DNA of 64,000 nucleotides from a virus. Its lineage: Duplodnaviria > Caudoviricetes. The position numbers were made by a program, and so were the translations under genes. The notes under the pieces are model-generated. The model saw nothing but the letters and a program-made list of their open reading frames with translations, had not been told where the DNA came from and searched no databases. Below, piece after piece: positions 54,575 through 64,000 of this stretch (positions are counted from its first letter, which is position 1; each line of letters begins with the position of its first letter). The stretch lies in IMG/VR virus record IMGVR_UViG_3300022602_000025; one strand, 5' to 3'.

Positions 54575-57500
54575 TAGTAAACAGTTCCATTTGTATTAGT
54601 AATAATAGGTGAAGTTGAATTTATAGATGCGGCTGTAAGTGCATCAATGATTTCAATATCGGTAGCTTGCGCCCCACTAATTAAGATTTCATTTGATTGA
54701 CATGAAATTTCGTATAGGCTACCAAAAGGTAAACTTGCATTCTTTGGAACGATTACAAAGTTTACAATATCTGGTGTCATTGTATTTAAAACATAAGTGG
54801 CCAGCTCACCAAAATTAAATGATTGGCCGAATGTCCAGTTGTCGATGCTGAAGAAACTATTAATCGCAGCTAAAATTCTAGTAGTTAAATCGTTGGTACT
54901 TGTAACTACACCAGGATTTGAAACTGCCTTAAATGTTGCTTGTAGATTTGGATCTGCTTTTGATCCAAATAATACCTTATAGCTAGCAGGACGATACACA
55001 ATCGTATCAGAAATAGATTTAATTGGTTCTAGAGCGTTAGCAAAATTTTCTTCTAAACTAGAACTAGTAGGAGCTAGCGGCAATGTTGCTGTAGCTCCTG
55101 ACAAATAACTGCGGAACGCAGAATCATAACTGTTTGTTAAAATGTAAATGTCAATAATATTTGTTTTGCTTGGATCTAAACGGCGTTCTTCGCCTGTGTT
55201 ATGCTGATAGTGGAATTTAATATTAGCTCTACCTGACTTAGCAAAATAACCAGTGTTAAGCACGAATGTTCTAGATGTTGGATCAAAGTTTTTAATCACA
55301 TCTGGTTGATAAAAATAATATAAAGTATCAGCACTTAGTGGTTCAACACTTGGTGTTGACACATAAGCGGCAAACGCAGCATCTTCATTAGGATAAGCAT
55401 GTACTGGAGTTATAGAAGTATCAACAATAGAATATCTATTTCCGTCTGAACTTAGTTGGAAATAAACAAACTTATCATTATAAGAAGTTTGTGCATTTAC
55501 AGAATTAGGATCAACAATGATATTAAACGCATCTGGATTATCAATCTGACCATCGTTATTCGCATCGTAAAAACCTATAACAACTTTCTTAGGTTCAACA
55601 TACCCATCAAATTCTACAACACTTGATTCTATTTGCCAACGATAATCAACACCTAATGCTGTAGTGCTTGTATTCAATGAGTTAACTGATAGTACATCAA
55701 TTTGGTCTTTGATTGTACGACCGTTCACATAATCATAATTGTTATTATCGTAGTTTACAAAGAACGCTGTTTGATTAGCACTTTCAAATATATAATTCAA
55801 TAATCTATAAGATACTGTGTAATTAGACCCGTTCCATGCAAACAAGATCAACCAACTAGCATCTTTTTGTATGTTTGCTGTGTCGCCTTGATATGTTAAA
55901 CTAAAAGGCGATGTCATATCAAGATTAGAATTGACAATAATAAACCATTGACGTGTATTTTTATCAAAACTTAAACCAAAGTTCTGTTGTGATAAGCATA
56001 GTACGGCTATCTGAGCTTGGAAGGCAACACTAAGAGTAGTAATCAATGTAGGTATAACTTCTACAGGAATCGCACCGCTAGGAATTTTTCCAGATAATAC
56101 AACTGGACCTATTCCTGTTACTAGATTTCCTTTACCTTGATTTGAACCATCTCCTACAACATTTATAACAGTATCCCACATAAACAAAGAAGTTGTGCTG
56201 TCTGGGTTAATTGTTAGTGTGCCGTCTGCAGTAAAATACTTCTGAACACCATTTTCAATAGGTGCTTTAAATTTAATCATTGCACCCGGTGTAATATAGG
56301 TAGCATTGTTGTTGCTGAAGTATCCTAATTGAACAGGAGACCCGCTGAACTGATCTTGAAAATAACCAGTTGTTTGTGCTGTTGTTACAGTAGTCTTATT
56401 CCACTGATAGTTTAACAGTGAAAGTTGTGGACGTGGATAAAAGTCTGTACTAAAGTACCAATTCTTAAATGTGTTTGATCTAATAATCGGTGCTAGTTGA
56501 GAATTAATTGCAGCATACACATCGTTAGCTGTTTGGAATGAAAAATCAAAACTAGGTTGTGCTTCTTCTCTATAAATTATTCCGTCTTTAGCAAAAATAT
56601 CAGTACTAGAATACTGTCCACTGATGTCGCTTAATTCAAAATATTTTGAGATACCGCTACTGATGCGGTTAACACTAGAAATTTTAAGAATGTCATTACT
56701 GATAGACAGAGGAGCGATATTATAATCTTCCCCTGTGATCATTCTGTTTTGCAGATAATAAGTCTGCGGAGCATTCTGTTTGATGCTGGCTAATGATTCT
56801 GGACCACTACTGTTAGTTACAGTATATTGTAGGCTAAGTGTTAATGTAAGTTTTTGTGCAACACCAGATTTATTAACATAAGGAATGGTAATATTAATAC
56901 CAGCCATTTGATCTGGAGTGATTGAATATGTTCTTCCATTACTTTGTCTATAAAATAAAACAAAGTTACCTTTAGGCAAGTCAGCAAAGCTACCATCAGC
57001 AAAGTTTAAATCAATCTGATCGTTAGCTCTTGAAGTAACTGTATAAAGTGTTCTTGTGTTATTTGCAATATTGTTATAGATAACATTGTTGCCAACTAAC
57101 GCATCAACTCGTGTCCATAAGGTCTTATAATTGCCGTTAGCATCTAATTGCCATAGCCATACATCATCGTTATTGATGCCGTTGGCATTGATACCAATAA
57201 TTTCGTTAGCAACAGGATTGTTGATTGAAAACCTAGTTGATGCTAATGTGCCTTGGCGGAAATATGTAAAGAATCCTGTATTTGCTGATCCTGCGCCTTT
57301 ATTGTCGTTTTGAAAAATATAGCTAAATGACTCCGCAGGCTTTGGCGGAGTTTCATAAACATACGTTTGACCTGAGAACGCGGCTCCAGACAATTCAAAT
57401 GTTGTTGGAATGCCGTTGATAGGTTTTGTAATTGTATATACTGGTACATCAACGTTTGTACTGTTAACCTGATATTGATCAGTTGACACGCCGTTTACTA

Positions 57501-58029
57501 CCGCAGAGTCTGATGGTGTACCAAATGATGTGCCGTTAGGCATAGCAGAATTTAAAATACTAACAAACTGTTGATACCAGTTCGCATTAGCAGGGTCATT
57601 CCACCCAATAACTTGGTTAGCTAGATTAAGACCGTTGTTATCAAAAATATTATCTGTGGTTGAAATAGCAGAAATTTTTAATAGTCCGCTGGCAGGTATA
57701 TTACGCTTAGGATTATAACTGATTAACTGTGCAAGACGTAGAACACTATCTTGTCGCTGTGCTGTTTCTAGGAAGTTTTCACGGGCATTTAAGTCAATAC
57801 GGAAACTTAAATTCTGGCCAAGATAAGCAATAAGATCAATGAGAGCGATATATTCGCTAGAATCAATATAGTCATTAAATTCTTCTGGGTAGGTTTCACG
57901 TAGATACGTGATCATTGTGCGGCGCAGAGTGTCAAAGTCATAGCTTTGGAAGTCTGCGTTGCGGAAACTTTGGTAGATCTTAGTCCAATCTTCTGCGACT
58001 AGTAGTTGTGAGTTGGTTGCTGGTATCAT
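54574..58029 (-). CDS. Baseplate wedge subunit (T4 gp6-like), extended
   Basis: N-terminal SYDFDTLRRTMITYLR..FNDY..SSEYIALIDLIAY..FLETAQR.DSVLRLAQLISYNPKR; later ESLASIKQNAP..RMITGEDY. Confidence 0.85.
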   Translation of the reverse strand: MIPATNSQLLVAEDWTKIYQSFRNADFQSYDFDTLRRTMITYLRETYPEEFNDYIDSSEYIALIDLIAYLGQNLSFRIDLNARENFLETAQRQDSVLRLAQLISYNPKRNIPASGLLKISAISTTDNIFDNNGLNLANQVIGWNDPANANWYQQFVSILNSAMPNGTSFGTPSDSAVVNGVSTDQYQVNSTNVDVPVYTITKPINGIPTTFELSGAAFSGQTYVYETPPKPAESFSYIFQNDNKGAGSANTGFFTYFRQGTLASTRFSINNPVANEIIGINANGINNDDVWLWQLDANGNYKTLWTRVDALVGNNVIYNNIANNTRTLYTVTSRANDQIDLNFADGSFADLPKGNFVLFYRQSNGRTYSITPDQMAGINITIPYVNKSGVAQKLTLTLSLQYTVTNSSGPESLASIKQNAPQTYYLQNRMITGEDYNIAPLSISNDILKISSVNRISSGISKYFELSDISGQYSSTDIFAKDGIIYREEAQPSFDFSFQTANDVYAAINSQLAPIIRSNTFKNWYFSTDFYPRPQLSLLNYQWNKTTVTTAQTTGYFQDQFSGSPVQLGYFSNNNATYITPGAMIKFKAPIENGVQKYFTADGTLTINPDSTTSLFMWDTVINVVGDGSNQGKGNLVTGIGPVVLSGKIPSGAIPVEVIPTLITTLSVAFQAQIAVLCLSQQNFGLSFDKNTRQWFIIVNSNLDMTSPFSLTYQGDTANIQKDASWLILFAWNGSNYTVSYRLLNYIFESANQTAFFVNYDNNNYDYVNGRTIKDQIDVLSVNSLNTSTTALGVDYRWQIESSVVEFDGYVEPKKVVIGFYDANNDGQIDNPDAFNIIVDPNSVNAQTSYNDKFVYFQLSSDGNRYSIVDTSITPVHAYPNEDAAFAAYVSTPSVEPLSADTLYYFYQPDVIKNFDPTSRTFVLNTGYFAKSGRANIKFHYQHNTGEERRLDPSKTNIIDIYILTNSYDSAFRSYLSGATATLPLAPTSSSLEENFANALEPIKSISDTIVYRPASYKVLFGSKADPNLQATFKAVSNPGVVTSTNDLTTRILAAINSFFSIDNWTFGQSFNFGELATYVLNTMTPDIVNFVIVPKNASLPFGSLYEISCQSNEILISGAQATDIEIIDALTAASINSTSPIITNTNGTVY

Positions 58030-58060
58030 ATGTTATCAATTGTCCTAGATAACATATTTA
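58028..58060 (-). promoter_or_regulatory. TAAATA late-promoter-like motif fused to a 10-bp hairpin covering the SD and start codon
   Basis: mRNA sense UAAAUAUGUUAUC-UAGGACAAUU-GAUAACAUAUG; arms 58048-58057 and 58028-58037; ATG 58029-58027. Confidence 0.7.
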
Positions 58061-58082
58061 TTGAAAAAATTATATTGGTATA

Positions 58083-58523
58083 TTATTGTTGTGTAACTAT
58101 GCCAAGTTCTTTGTCAAACGATAAGCTCATTTTTTGGCTAACATCAAAGTTTTTATAGAACAGCGTAGCTTCAATTACCATGCCCATATCGGCTTCTGTA
58201 ATTAAAATTTGTGTAGGTGTTACCCTAGGATCTTCGTTTAAAATACGAGTTACATCGTTGCTGATTAATTGCTTAACATCATCAGTAAAAGGTTCGTAAA
58301 TTAGGCTCCAAATAACTGTCCCAAAGTTAGGATTCATTACTCTTTCGCCTTTTCTTGTTTGAAATTGATTGATAATATCCTGTTGTATCAAAGGAAAATC
58401 ATACAATTTAGTAGTCAATGCAGCATCATTAACACTACTAAAGCCTTTATAGAATTGGCTTTGTTGTGCTTGACGTTGATTACTAACGTTTCCAGGATTA
58501 ATTACAATATTTTTATAAGTCAT
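58083..58523 (-). CDS. Baseplate wedge subunit (T4 gp25-like)
   Basis: TRKGERVMNPNFGTVIWSLIYEP..EDPRV. Confidence 0.9.
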   Translation of the reverse strand: MTYKNIVINPGNVSNQRQAQQSQFYKGFSSVNDAALTTKLYDFPLIQQDIINQFQTRKGERVMNPNFGTVIWSLIYEPFTDDVKQLISNDVTRILNEDPRVTPTQILITEADMGMVIEATLFYKNFDVSQKMSLSFDKELGIVTQQ

Positions 58524-58530
58524 GACCTAA

Positions 58531-58538
58531 TATTTATA
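58531..58538 (-). promoter_or_regulatory. T4-type late promoter motif TATAAATA
   Basis: Exact TATAAATA 7 nt upstream of ATG 58523, overlapping the upstream stop. Confidence 0.55.
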
Positions 58539-60690
58539 CTGCGGTTACTTTAAGATCTGGTACTGTAGTACCGCTAGCTTCAAGTACAGCTAGCACTTCA
58601 CGGCGATGTTTGCTAACAACGTCTAATACCATTGAAGGTGTAAAATATCCCTTCTTAGGTGCTGGATCAAAACCACCGTTGGCAAAATACCAACCTGAGG
58701 TTTTAGGATTACTTCCGTCTGCTATCTTGTCATTAGGACCTGCAAATCTAAGAGCAGGCAATAAGATAGTTAGATAAATGTTGGCTAACGTTGGATTAGG
58801 ACAAGCAGAACTTGGCCATCCCCACTTGTTAAAATACTTAAGGACCCAGTCCATCTGTGCCACACGGCCTAACTGACCTAACGCACTAGTTGTTGTTCCT
58901 AAACTAGTTGCGGCTGCTGTACCAAACTGTATAAGTCCTGTATAACCTAAATTATTAGTAATTGAAGGGTCGAACGTTCTATTACTTTCTAAGTTCATAC
59001 AAGCTAGTAAATCAATAGGATCAAACTTTAGTGCGCCTGCTATAGATTTAACTTTATCCAGGAATGGTTGATCTGTTGACCACGGGAATACTTGATTGTG
59101 TACTGAACCTCTATCTTTTGTAGATCCTTTAATTGCAGGATATGACGGGTTAGAACTCGCTCCGCCAGGAATTACAGCACCGTTTGCGGCTACTTGAGCA
59201 GGAGTAACACTAGTGTCTGTTTTGTCTAAACTAAACTGAACAGGATTAATATTTTCATGTTGATCCCAAGGCTCATGGCTAGGTATACGTTGCATAATAG
59301 ACGCAAGATCTGCGGCTTTATAGAATACACCATTAGCCCAAGAACGCTGTCCGTCTCGCTGAGGAACAGCAAATAGTGTTAGTGGTGTTGGACTTGCTGC
59401 AGGTGTTGCTGATATTGCACCAGGTGCTGTAGGACCATTTAAATCAATACGTCCTGCAGATGCTAGAATATTGCCTCCAGATAAACCTAAATCACCATTA
59501 GCACTAAGAGCCAATGTATCTGCTGTACCAATACTCATTTGACCTGCGGCTGTATAACGACCTTCACCGCCTGCGTTGTTGTTTATGTTAGCGGTAGCGG
59601 ATATGGCAACATTTCCTGTAACATTTAAATTAAAGTCTTTAGTTGTGCCTATTTTTATTCCGTCACTAATAATATCAATTTCGTCTCCTGAATTGATATT
59701 AACTTTACCTTCATTAGTTGCAATATTAAAATTACGACCTGCTTCTAAATTAAAATCTCGATCAGCATGGAAGTTAAAGTCGCCTTTAGTACGAATACTA
59801 ATAGAATCTTCACCGTACACATCAATCTTACCAGCACTAGTAAGTTCTATCCATGCTGTGCCTCCAGAATTCGCTATGTAGATCAAATCACTACTATTGT
59901 GTAGTAAGATCTGATGACCTGTTCTAGTACGAATACGTACTAATTCATTTAGGCCATCTTTGTCTCCGTCATCCATAACAAAGGTTGTTCCGCCTAAACG
60001 GCTAACAGGTGCTGTCACACTTGGAGTAATTTGCTTTTTAGGTGCTGTAGAATCAACAGGTCCTGGGGTTGAAATACCATATACTTGGCTAGGTACTTCA
60101 CGTCTGGCACTACTAGATGTAGGTCCTCTGATCGTATCTAATATTAAGCCTTGCTTCAATAATACATCTGCAAACGGATGTACAGGTTTTGTAAAAGTGT
60201 CAGGTGCAGGTATTTGACCATCTCTACTTTTCTTATGATATTCTGCAACAGGTAAGTATCGTGTGCCGTACTTTGTTTCTTGCTCAGGAGTTAGTGCTAC
60301 ATATTCGCTGGCCGCAAGACCCGGAATCATATGATTCTGATATTGATCAGATATACATCCCATCCAGAAACCGCTGTTAACATCGCCGTCTAGGAAAATA
60401 ACCATAATGGTTGTTCCTACGTCCGGAGGAATCATCCAGAATCCGTAAGATTTCTGTACATCATTAAAATTTGAACTATCGTTGCCTTCAAACTTTATCG
60501 AACTTACACCGCTAAATGGACTACAATATCTAAAAGGAAGATTCGTACCATCAAGTTCAGGAACACCAGGAATTGATCTAACTAGAGTTGCTTCTAACAT
60601 ACCCATATAAGTTGTGTCAAGATGGTTTGTTACCTTGGCCAAGTATGGACCAGGTGCTATCCTAACATTTATATTACGAGTATTTTCCAT
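58534..60690 (-). CDS. Baseplate hub/spike protein (gp5/VgrG-like) with C-terminal lytic transglycosylase-like domain
   Basis: OB-fold region (GFWMIPPDVGTTIMVIF..GFWMG), RIRTRTGHQILLH, beta-helix repeats, C-terminal MNLES..GYTGLIQF. Confidence 0.85.
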   Translation of the reverse strand: MENTRNINVRIAPGPYLAKVTNHLDTTYMGMLEATLVRSIPGVPELDGTNLPFRYCSPFSGVSSIKFEGNDSSNFNDVQKSYGFWMIPPDVGTTIMVIFLDGDVNSGFWMGCISDQYQNHMIPGLAASEYVALTPEQETKYGTRYLPVAEYHKKSRDGQIPAPDTFTKPVHPFADVLLKQGLILDTIRGPTSSSARREVPSQVYGISTPGPVDSTAPKKQITPSVTAPVSRLGGTTFVMDDGDKDGLNELVRIRTRTGHQILLHNSSDLIYIANSGGTAWIELTSAGKIDVYGEDSISIRTKGDFNFHADRDFNLEAGRNFNIATNEGKVNINSGDEIDIISDGIKIGTTKDFNLNVTGNVAISATANINNNAGGEGRYTAAGQMSIGTADTLALSANGDLGLSGGNILASAGRIDLNGPTAPGAISATPAASPTPLTLFAVPQRDGQRSWANGVFYKAADLASIMQRIPSHEPWDQHENINPVQFSLDKTDTSVTPAQVAANGAVIPGGASSNPSYPAIKGSTKDRGSVHNQVFPWSTDQPFLDKVKSIAGALKFDPIDLLACMNLESNRTFDPSITNNLGYTGLIQFGTAAATSLGTTTSALGQLGRVAQMDWVLKYFNKWGWPSSACPNPTLANIYLTILLPALRFAGPNDKIADGSNPKTSGWYFANGGFDPAPKKGYFTPSMVLDVVSKHRREVLAVLEASGTTVPDLKVTAV

Positions 60691-60693
60691 TCA

Positions 60694-63594
60694 TTAACCT
60701 TTTTGTAATGCTTGTACTAAAGGACTAGCAGATGCGGCAGTTGTAGGTACCGCTGTTGCTCCCGCTGTTGGTGTAGCGTTAGTCGCCTGGGCAGCATTTG
60801 TCTGTGGTTGACTTGCTGGTATATTTCTAATTGTTTGAGCTGTGATACCTGCAAGTGCAACACCAGCTGCTGCAAGCCCTGCTATATTAATATTGTTTGG
60901 TACTGTACTAGTTACCTGAGTTAGCTGTGAAGCTAATTGACTCTGGGCACCTGGACTCAATCCAGCGATCGATGTTAAATCAATTCCAACAGCGTTGCTA
61001 ACTCCCCTTACATCATTTTGTACAGGAGATTGAATTACATCAAGGCTTGCAGGTGAATTATTAGTGATTGGGTTTGTTTCATAATTGAATATGTATGTTC
61101 CGCCCTGTATAGAATTTTGTTGTTGTGCTGTTGCTACGGCTGTTGCTACTACGTCTGAAGCGATCGCCTGTGCCGCCGGACTTGTGGTAGGTGCCGCTGC
61201 GGCGGCTGAAGTATTTCCGCTTGATAATAAATTGTCAACAGCACTTAGTAATGCCAGTCCGCTGGCGGCTAATCTAATACCAGAGGCAAGATAATCTGCA
61301 CCAGGGCTTAATAAATTCTTTAAATCAAACGATGGAGTTTTTATTCCTGTTTTTTGAACAGTAGAAGGTGCCGCATCTTTTACAACCTGCTCACCTTTAG
61401 CAGGAGTTGTCTTATTAAGAACATTTGGCTGGGCCTGTTCATTACCGACAATCTGTCCAGGCAATCTATTTAAAGTTAATTTTTGTGTAAACTGGCCATC
61501 TCTAAAAGTATTAACCAATGTTGTCACTAGATACAATCCATTATATGGTGCTAGCTTTTCGTCAAACTTCATAAATCCAGTTGCAGGATCAAAGTCAATT
61601 GGTGTTCTAAAGGTTAAACTTATTAACAGCTCACCTTGAGTATACGGAGCTTCGCCTGTATTAGTAAACCCAGGAGATAATAAAATTAAATTTTGTTTAC
61701 CCATACCGCTCGTACATAAGAAGTAAGGATCTCCTAAAATTTCTAAATCTGCCATCACTAGTGCTGTTCTGTTTAAAACAGCTTCGTGTAAATTCTTTGC
61801 TAATTGATAGTATGGCGTTAATTGGGCTTGGCCGCTCTTCTGTCCTAGCTGAGTAGCAACCTCTGTAGTAGATTTAGTATTAACAGCTACAGATTCTTTA
61901 GGAGCCGTTGTTGGAGAACTTTTTTGTTCTTCTGCTTTATCTGTTTTATTTTCCGCTGTCTTTGCATCAACTGTGTTTGCTGGTGATGCACCAGCACCTG
62001 CACTACTTGATACATCAGTTACATTACCCATCAATGCAGGTATAGAGTCAAAGTAAAGGTTATCAAACTTTAAATTAAATTTAATAATTTCTTCATTCTT
62101 GCCTGTATAGATATAGTTGTAAGAACGTTTAACTTCTGCTTTAATATCTTTATATTCTAATTTAGATTGACGGTAACCCGGAACCATAGTTAATGGAATC
62201 TGAAAAGGTTCTACCACATATCTATAATTTGCAAAATATTTGTTGTTAGTTGAGTCGTAGGTATTGTTGTTCAGAGATGTTTCAATTCTAACAGTAAAAT
62301 AAGTTATTTGCTGATTTCCTTGTTCTGCTTTTTTTAGATTTTCTTCGCTTAACAAATTTCTAGTATATTCACTATCACGAATAATACCTGCTATACATTC
62401 GTGTATGCTAGCACCTGCGGCAAAAACTATTGTGCCTTCTTTAGGATTTAGTCCACCAGTAGCGGGACTTGCTTGTGAATTTGCTGTTGTTGCACCTGGT
62501 ACATTACTAAACATGTATCCGTTTTTAAATTGTGCTGGGTCTCCAAATTTAAAAACGTTTGTTGATTTTAATTCATCATTAATTTTTGCAGATAATAACT
62601 CAGAATTTTGATAGTTAGGATCACCAACGTGATTTTGTGTTGGAGGTGAGTACAACATTGCCTGTAAGGTATCTTGAGGCGTATCGACTGTAACTAGCTT
62701 AGGTACAGATAACTCATATGTGTCAAAACCTTTTTGATCTGTTTGCTTTTCTGTTCTTGATTGAATCATTTGATTGATTGCATCAAAGAAGTTAGTCAAT
62801 ACTTCACCAACTGTATTTCCTGTTATCTTAATATCGTTGGAGAGAATATTTGTCTGACCGAATCCCATTTGATTCGTAGCGGCAGTTACTAAATGATACT
62901 TTGTTCCAGATTCGCCCACATCAACATTACATTCAGTAATTGACACACAAAAATATCTAGTTGAAAAATCAATATCTTCCGGAGGAGTATTAATATCAGC
63001 TGTATCTCTCCAACCTTGGAATTTAATTCTTAAACAAAAAGATGCTTTTAAAAAATCAGGATATCCTGCGGCCTTGGCAGATACTGACATGGCTTCTAAG
63101 AATCCGTTCATGCTATAAGGTTCAAATACCTCAAATCTAATGTTAGACGCAATACTTTGTCCTGCTTCGCGAGATCCTGCACCTACAGTACTGTCTATGA
63201 TAACATTGTCAATAAACATATCATAAGAACCAGGACTGTTCTTATTAAATTCCTCAACCATAGATTGTACAGCACCGTAATCTGTCGAAGTCGATGCGAA
63301 AGAACTGTCTGGATTAATTCCTAATCCTTGTCCGCCTTTACCTGACGAATTTATTATTCCGTATTTTCTTAAATCAGCGTTAATGTCTTCAGGATTTTCT
63401 GTAGACAATGTTTGGGGAGTGATTGGTCCAAATGCAAAGTTATAAACAAAAGATCTATATTGGTTTAAAATATTTTGTTGTTGTGCATACAAGACTTTAC
63501 TTGTATCTGTACCATTGTAAATCTGATTAGAAGGATCAACGCCTGCATTGGTGTTGGGAGTTTTATTTTCTACGGTAACGCCCGTTGCAGTCAT
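60694..63594 (-). CDS. Baseplate hub-like protein (gp27/phage late control D-like position)
   Basis: 966 aa; LEILGDPYF and GLYLV..LVNTF.DGQFTQ.LTL.R elements typical of hub proteins; flanked by gp53-like and gp5-like genes. Confidence 0.6.
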   Translation of the reverse strand: MTATGVTVENKTPNTNAGVDPSNQIYNGTDTSKVLYAQQQNILNQYRSFVYNFAFGPITPQTLSTENPEDINADLRKYGIINSSGKGGQGLGINPDSSFASTSTDYGAVQSMVEEFNKNSPGSYDMFIDNVIIDSTVGAGSREAGQSIASNIRFEVFEPYSMNGFLEAMSVSAKAAGYPDFLKASFCLRIKFQGWRDTADINTPPEDIDFSTRYFCVSITECNVDVGESGTKYHLVTAATNQMGFGQTNILSNDIKITGNTVGEVLTNFFDAINQMIQSRTEKQTDQKGFDTYELSVPKLVTVDTPQDTLQAMLYSPPTQNHVGDPNYQNSELLSAKINDELKSTNVFKFGDPAQFKNGYMFSNVPGATTANSQASPATGGLNPKEGTIVFAAGASIHECIAGIIRDSEYTRNLLSEENLKKAEQGNQQITYFTVRIETSLNNNTYDSTNNKYFANYRYVVEPFQIPLTMVPGYRQSKLEYKDIKAEVKRSYNYIYTGKNEEIIKFNLKFDNLYFDSIPALMGNVTDVSSSAGAGASPANTVDAKTAENKTDKAEEQKSSPTTAPKESVAVNTKSTTEVATQLGQKSGQAQLTPYYQLAKNLHEAVLNRTALVMADLEILGDPYFLCTSGMGKQNLILLSPGFTNTGEAPYTQGELLISLTFRTPIDFDPATGFMKFDEKLAPYNGLYLVTTLVNTFRDGQFTQKLTLNRLPGQIVGNEQAQPNVLNKTTPAKGEQVVKDAAPSTVQKTGIKTPSFDLKNLLSPGADYLASGIRLAASGLALLSAVDNLLSSGNTSAAAAAPTTSPAAQAIASDVVATAVATAQQQNSIQGGTYIFNYETNPITNNSPASLDVIQSPVQNDVRGVSNAVGIDLTSIAGLSPGAQSQLASQLTQVTSTVPNNINIAGLAAAGVALAGITAQTIRNIPASQPQTNAAQATNATPTAGATAVPTTAASASPLVQALQKG

Positions 63595-63595
63595 G

Positions 63596-63898
63596 TTAGA
63601 ATCCTAATGCTGTTTTGATTGTAGCAATCTTTGGAAGATAGATTACTTGGCCTGGAACAAAATCATATACTGAATCTCTGATCACGTCTTTATTACGCAC
63701 AGCAAACACCCACCATAATTGACTATCACCGTAAATATCGTTCGCTAATAAATCAGGTCTGTGCATATACAGACTTGTTATTGTAAATTGTATGTCGTCT
63801 ACTTGTGGAGGTAGATCAACAAATTTTAATACGTCAAGATAACCATTAGTTAACGGAGTACTTGCATACGGACTGAATTTATTATATCCAGACGGCAT
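63596..63898 (-). CDS. Baseplate wedge subunit (gp53/LysM-like)
   Basis: Y..RPDLLANDIYGDSQLWWVFA.RN...G..IYLP. Confidence 0.8.
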   Translation of the reverse strand: MPSGYNKFSPYASTPLTNGYLDVLKFVDLPPQVDDIQFTITSLYMHRPDLLANDIYGDSQLWWVFAVRNKDVIRDSVYDFVPGQVIYLPKIATIKTALGF

Positions 63899-64000
63899 TA
63901 TAGATATCCTCCACCTGCTTTAACAGTAGTACCTTGTAACCAATCACTAACTGTATAATTTTGCATTTCGCGTCTACTGTATGTAATGTTCAATGTCAGT
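63898..64000 (-). CDS. 3' end of a structural gene running off the window (possibly gp48/gp54-like)
   Basis: Open frame LTLNITYSRREMQNYTVSDWLQGTTVKAGGGYL*, with TAATG coupling to the next gene. Confidence 0.55.
   Translation of the reverse strand, partial: LTLNITYSRREMQNYTVSDWLQGTTVKAGGGYL

Noticed and set aside
1347-62611. Numerous 60-125-aa antisense or alternate-frame ORFs in the track (e.g. 1347-1586, 3650-4006, 12240-12617, 42801-43154, 59576-59881)
   Set aside because: They lie wholly within well-supported genes, lack RBS/promoter context and have shadow-ORF composition.
1-64000. Stop-codon reassignment (common in some jumbo phages)
   Set aside because: Long genes (polymerase, 4558-aa ORF) are intact in the standard code, and TAA, TAG and TGA all end genes at expected boundaries with coupled downstream starts.
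1-64000. tRNA genes, CRISPR arrays, IS elements, integrases
   Set aside because: Intergenic gaps are nearly all under 80 nt; no cloverleaf, repeat-spacer run or transposase/integrase motif was seen by eye. tRNAscan-SE was not run.

Overview
AT-rich 64-kb segment of a large T4-like (jumbo-type) myophage genome in the standard genetic code, with two convergent gene blocks meeting at a bidirectional terminator (~31193-31219). Plus strand (1-31178): (i) the end of a cluster of probable head-packaged proteins with T4-like capsid-targeting N-termini and internal (I/L/V)xE protease-site-like linkers, some carrying enzyme domains (ligase-like, HxGH nucleotidyltransferase, HAD phosphatase, Zn deaminase); (ii) a replication core (dsDNA-binding protein, family B DNA polymerase, probable sliding clamp, T4-type RNase H); (iii) a 7-deazaguanine gene set (TGT/DpdA-like transglycosylase, QueD/DpdL-like T-fold, FolE, QueE) interleaved with a 2OG-Fe(II) oxygenase, GT-B glycosyltransferase, UDP-sugar dehydrogenase, PRTase, cupins, split RfaE-like kinase/nucleotidyltransferase and HIT protein; (iv) a MoxR AAA+ / VWA-metallopeptidase pair. 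Minus strand (31237-64000): tail/baseplate module (four paralogous fibres, a collagen fibre, a 4558-aa structural protein, gp6-, gp25-, gp5-, hub- and gp53-like proteins). Strongest lead: the DNA polymerase and the TGT-like protein share the same C-terminal peptide NTFGSLF, encoded by different codons, and the probable clamp gene lies between them. This suggests a sliding-clamp-tethered guanine-exchange enzyme that installs a possibly new (sugar-decorated) deazaguanine on nascent DNA. Also notable: two late-promoter/RBS-occluding hairpin switches and a triple-nucleotidyltransferase polyprotein. Family assignments come from motif recognition by eye and recalled family knowledge; no database searches were run.
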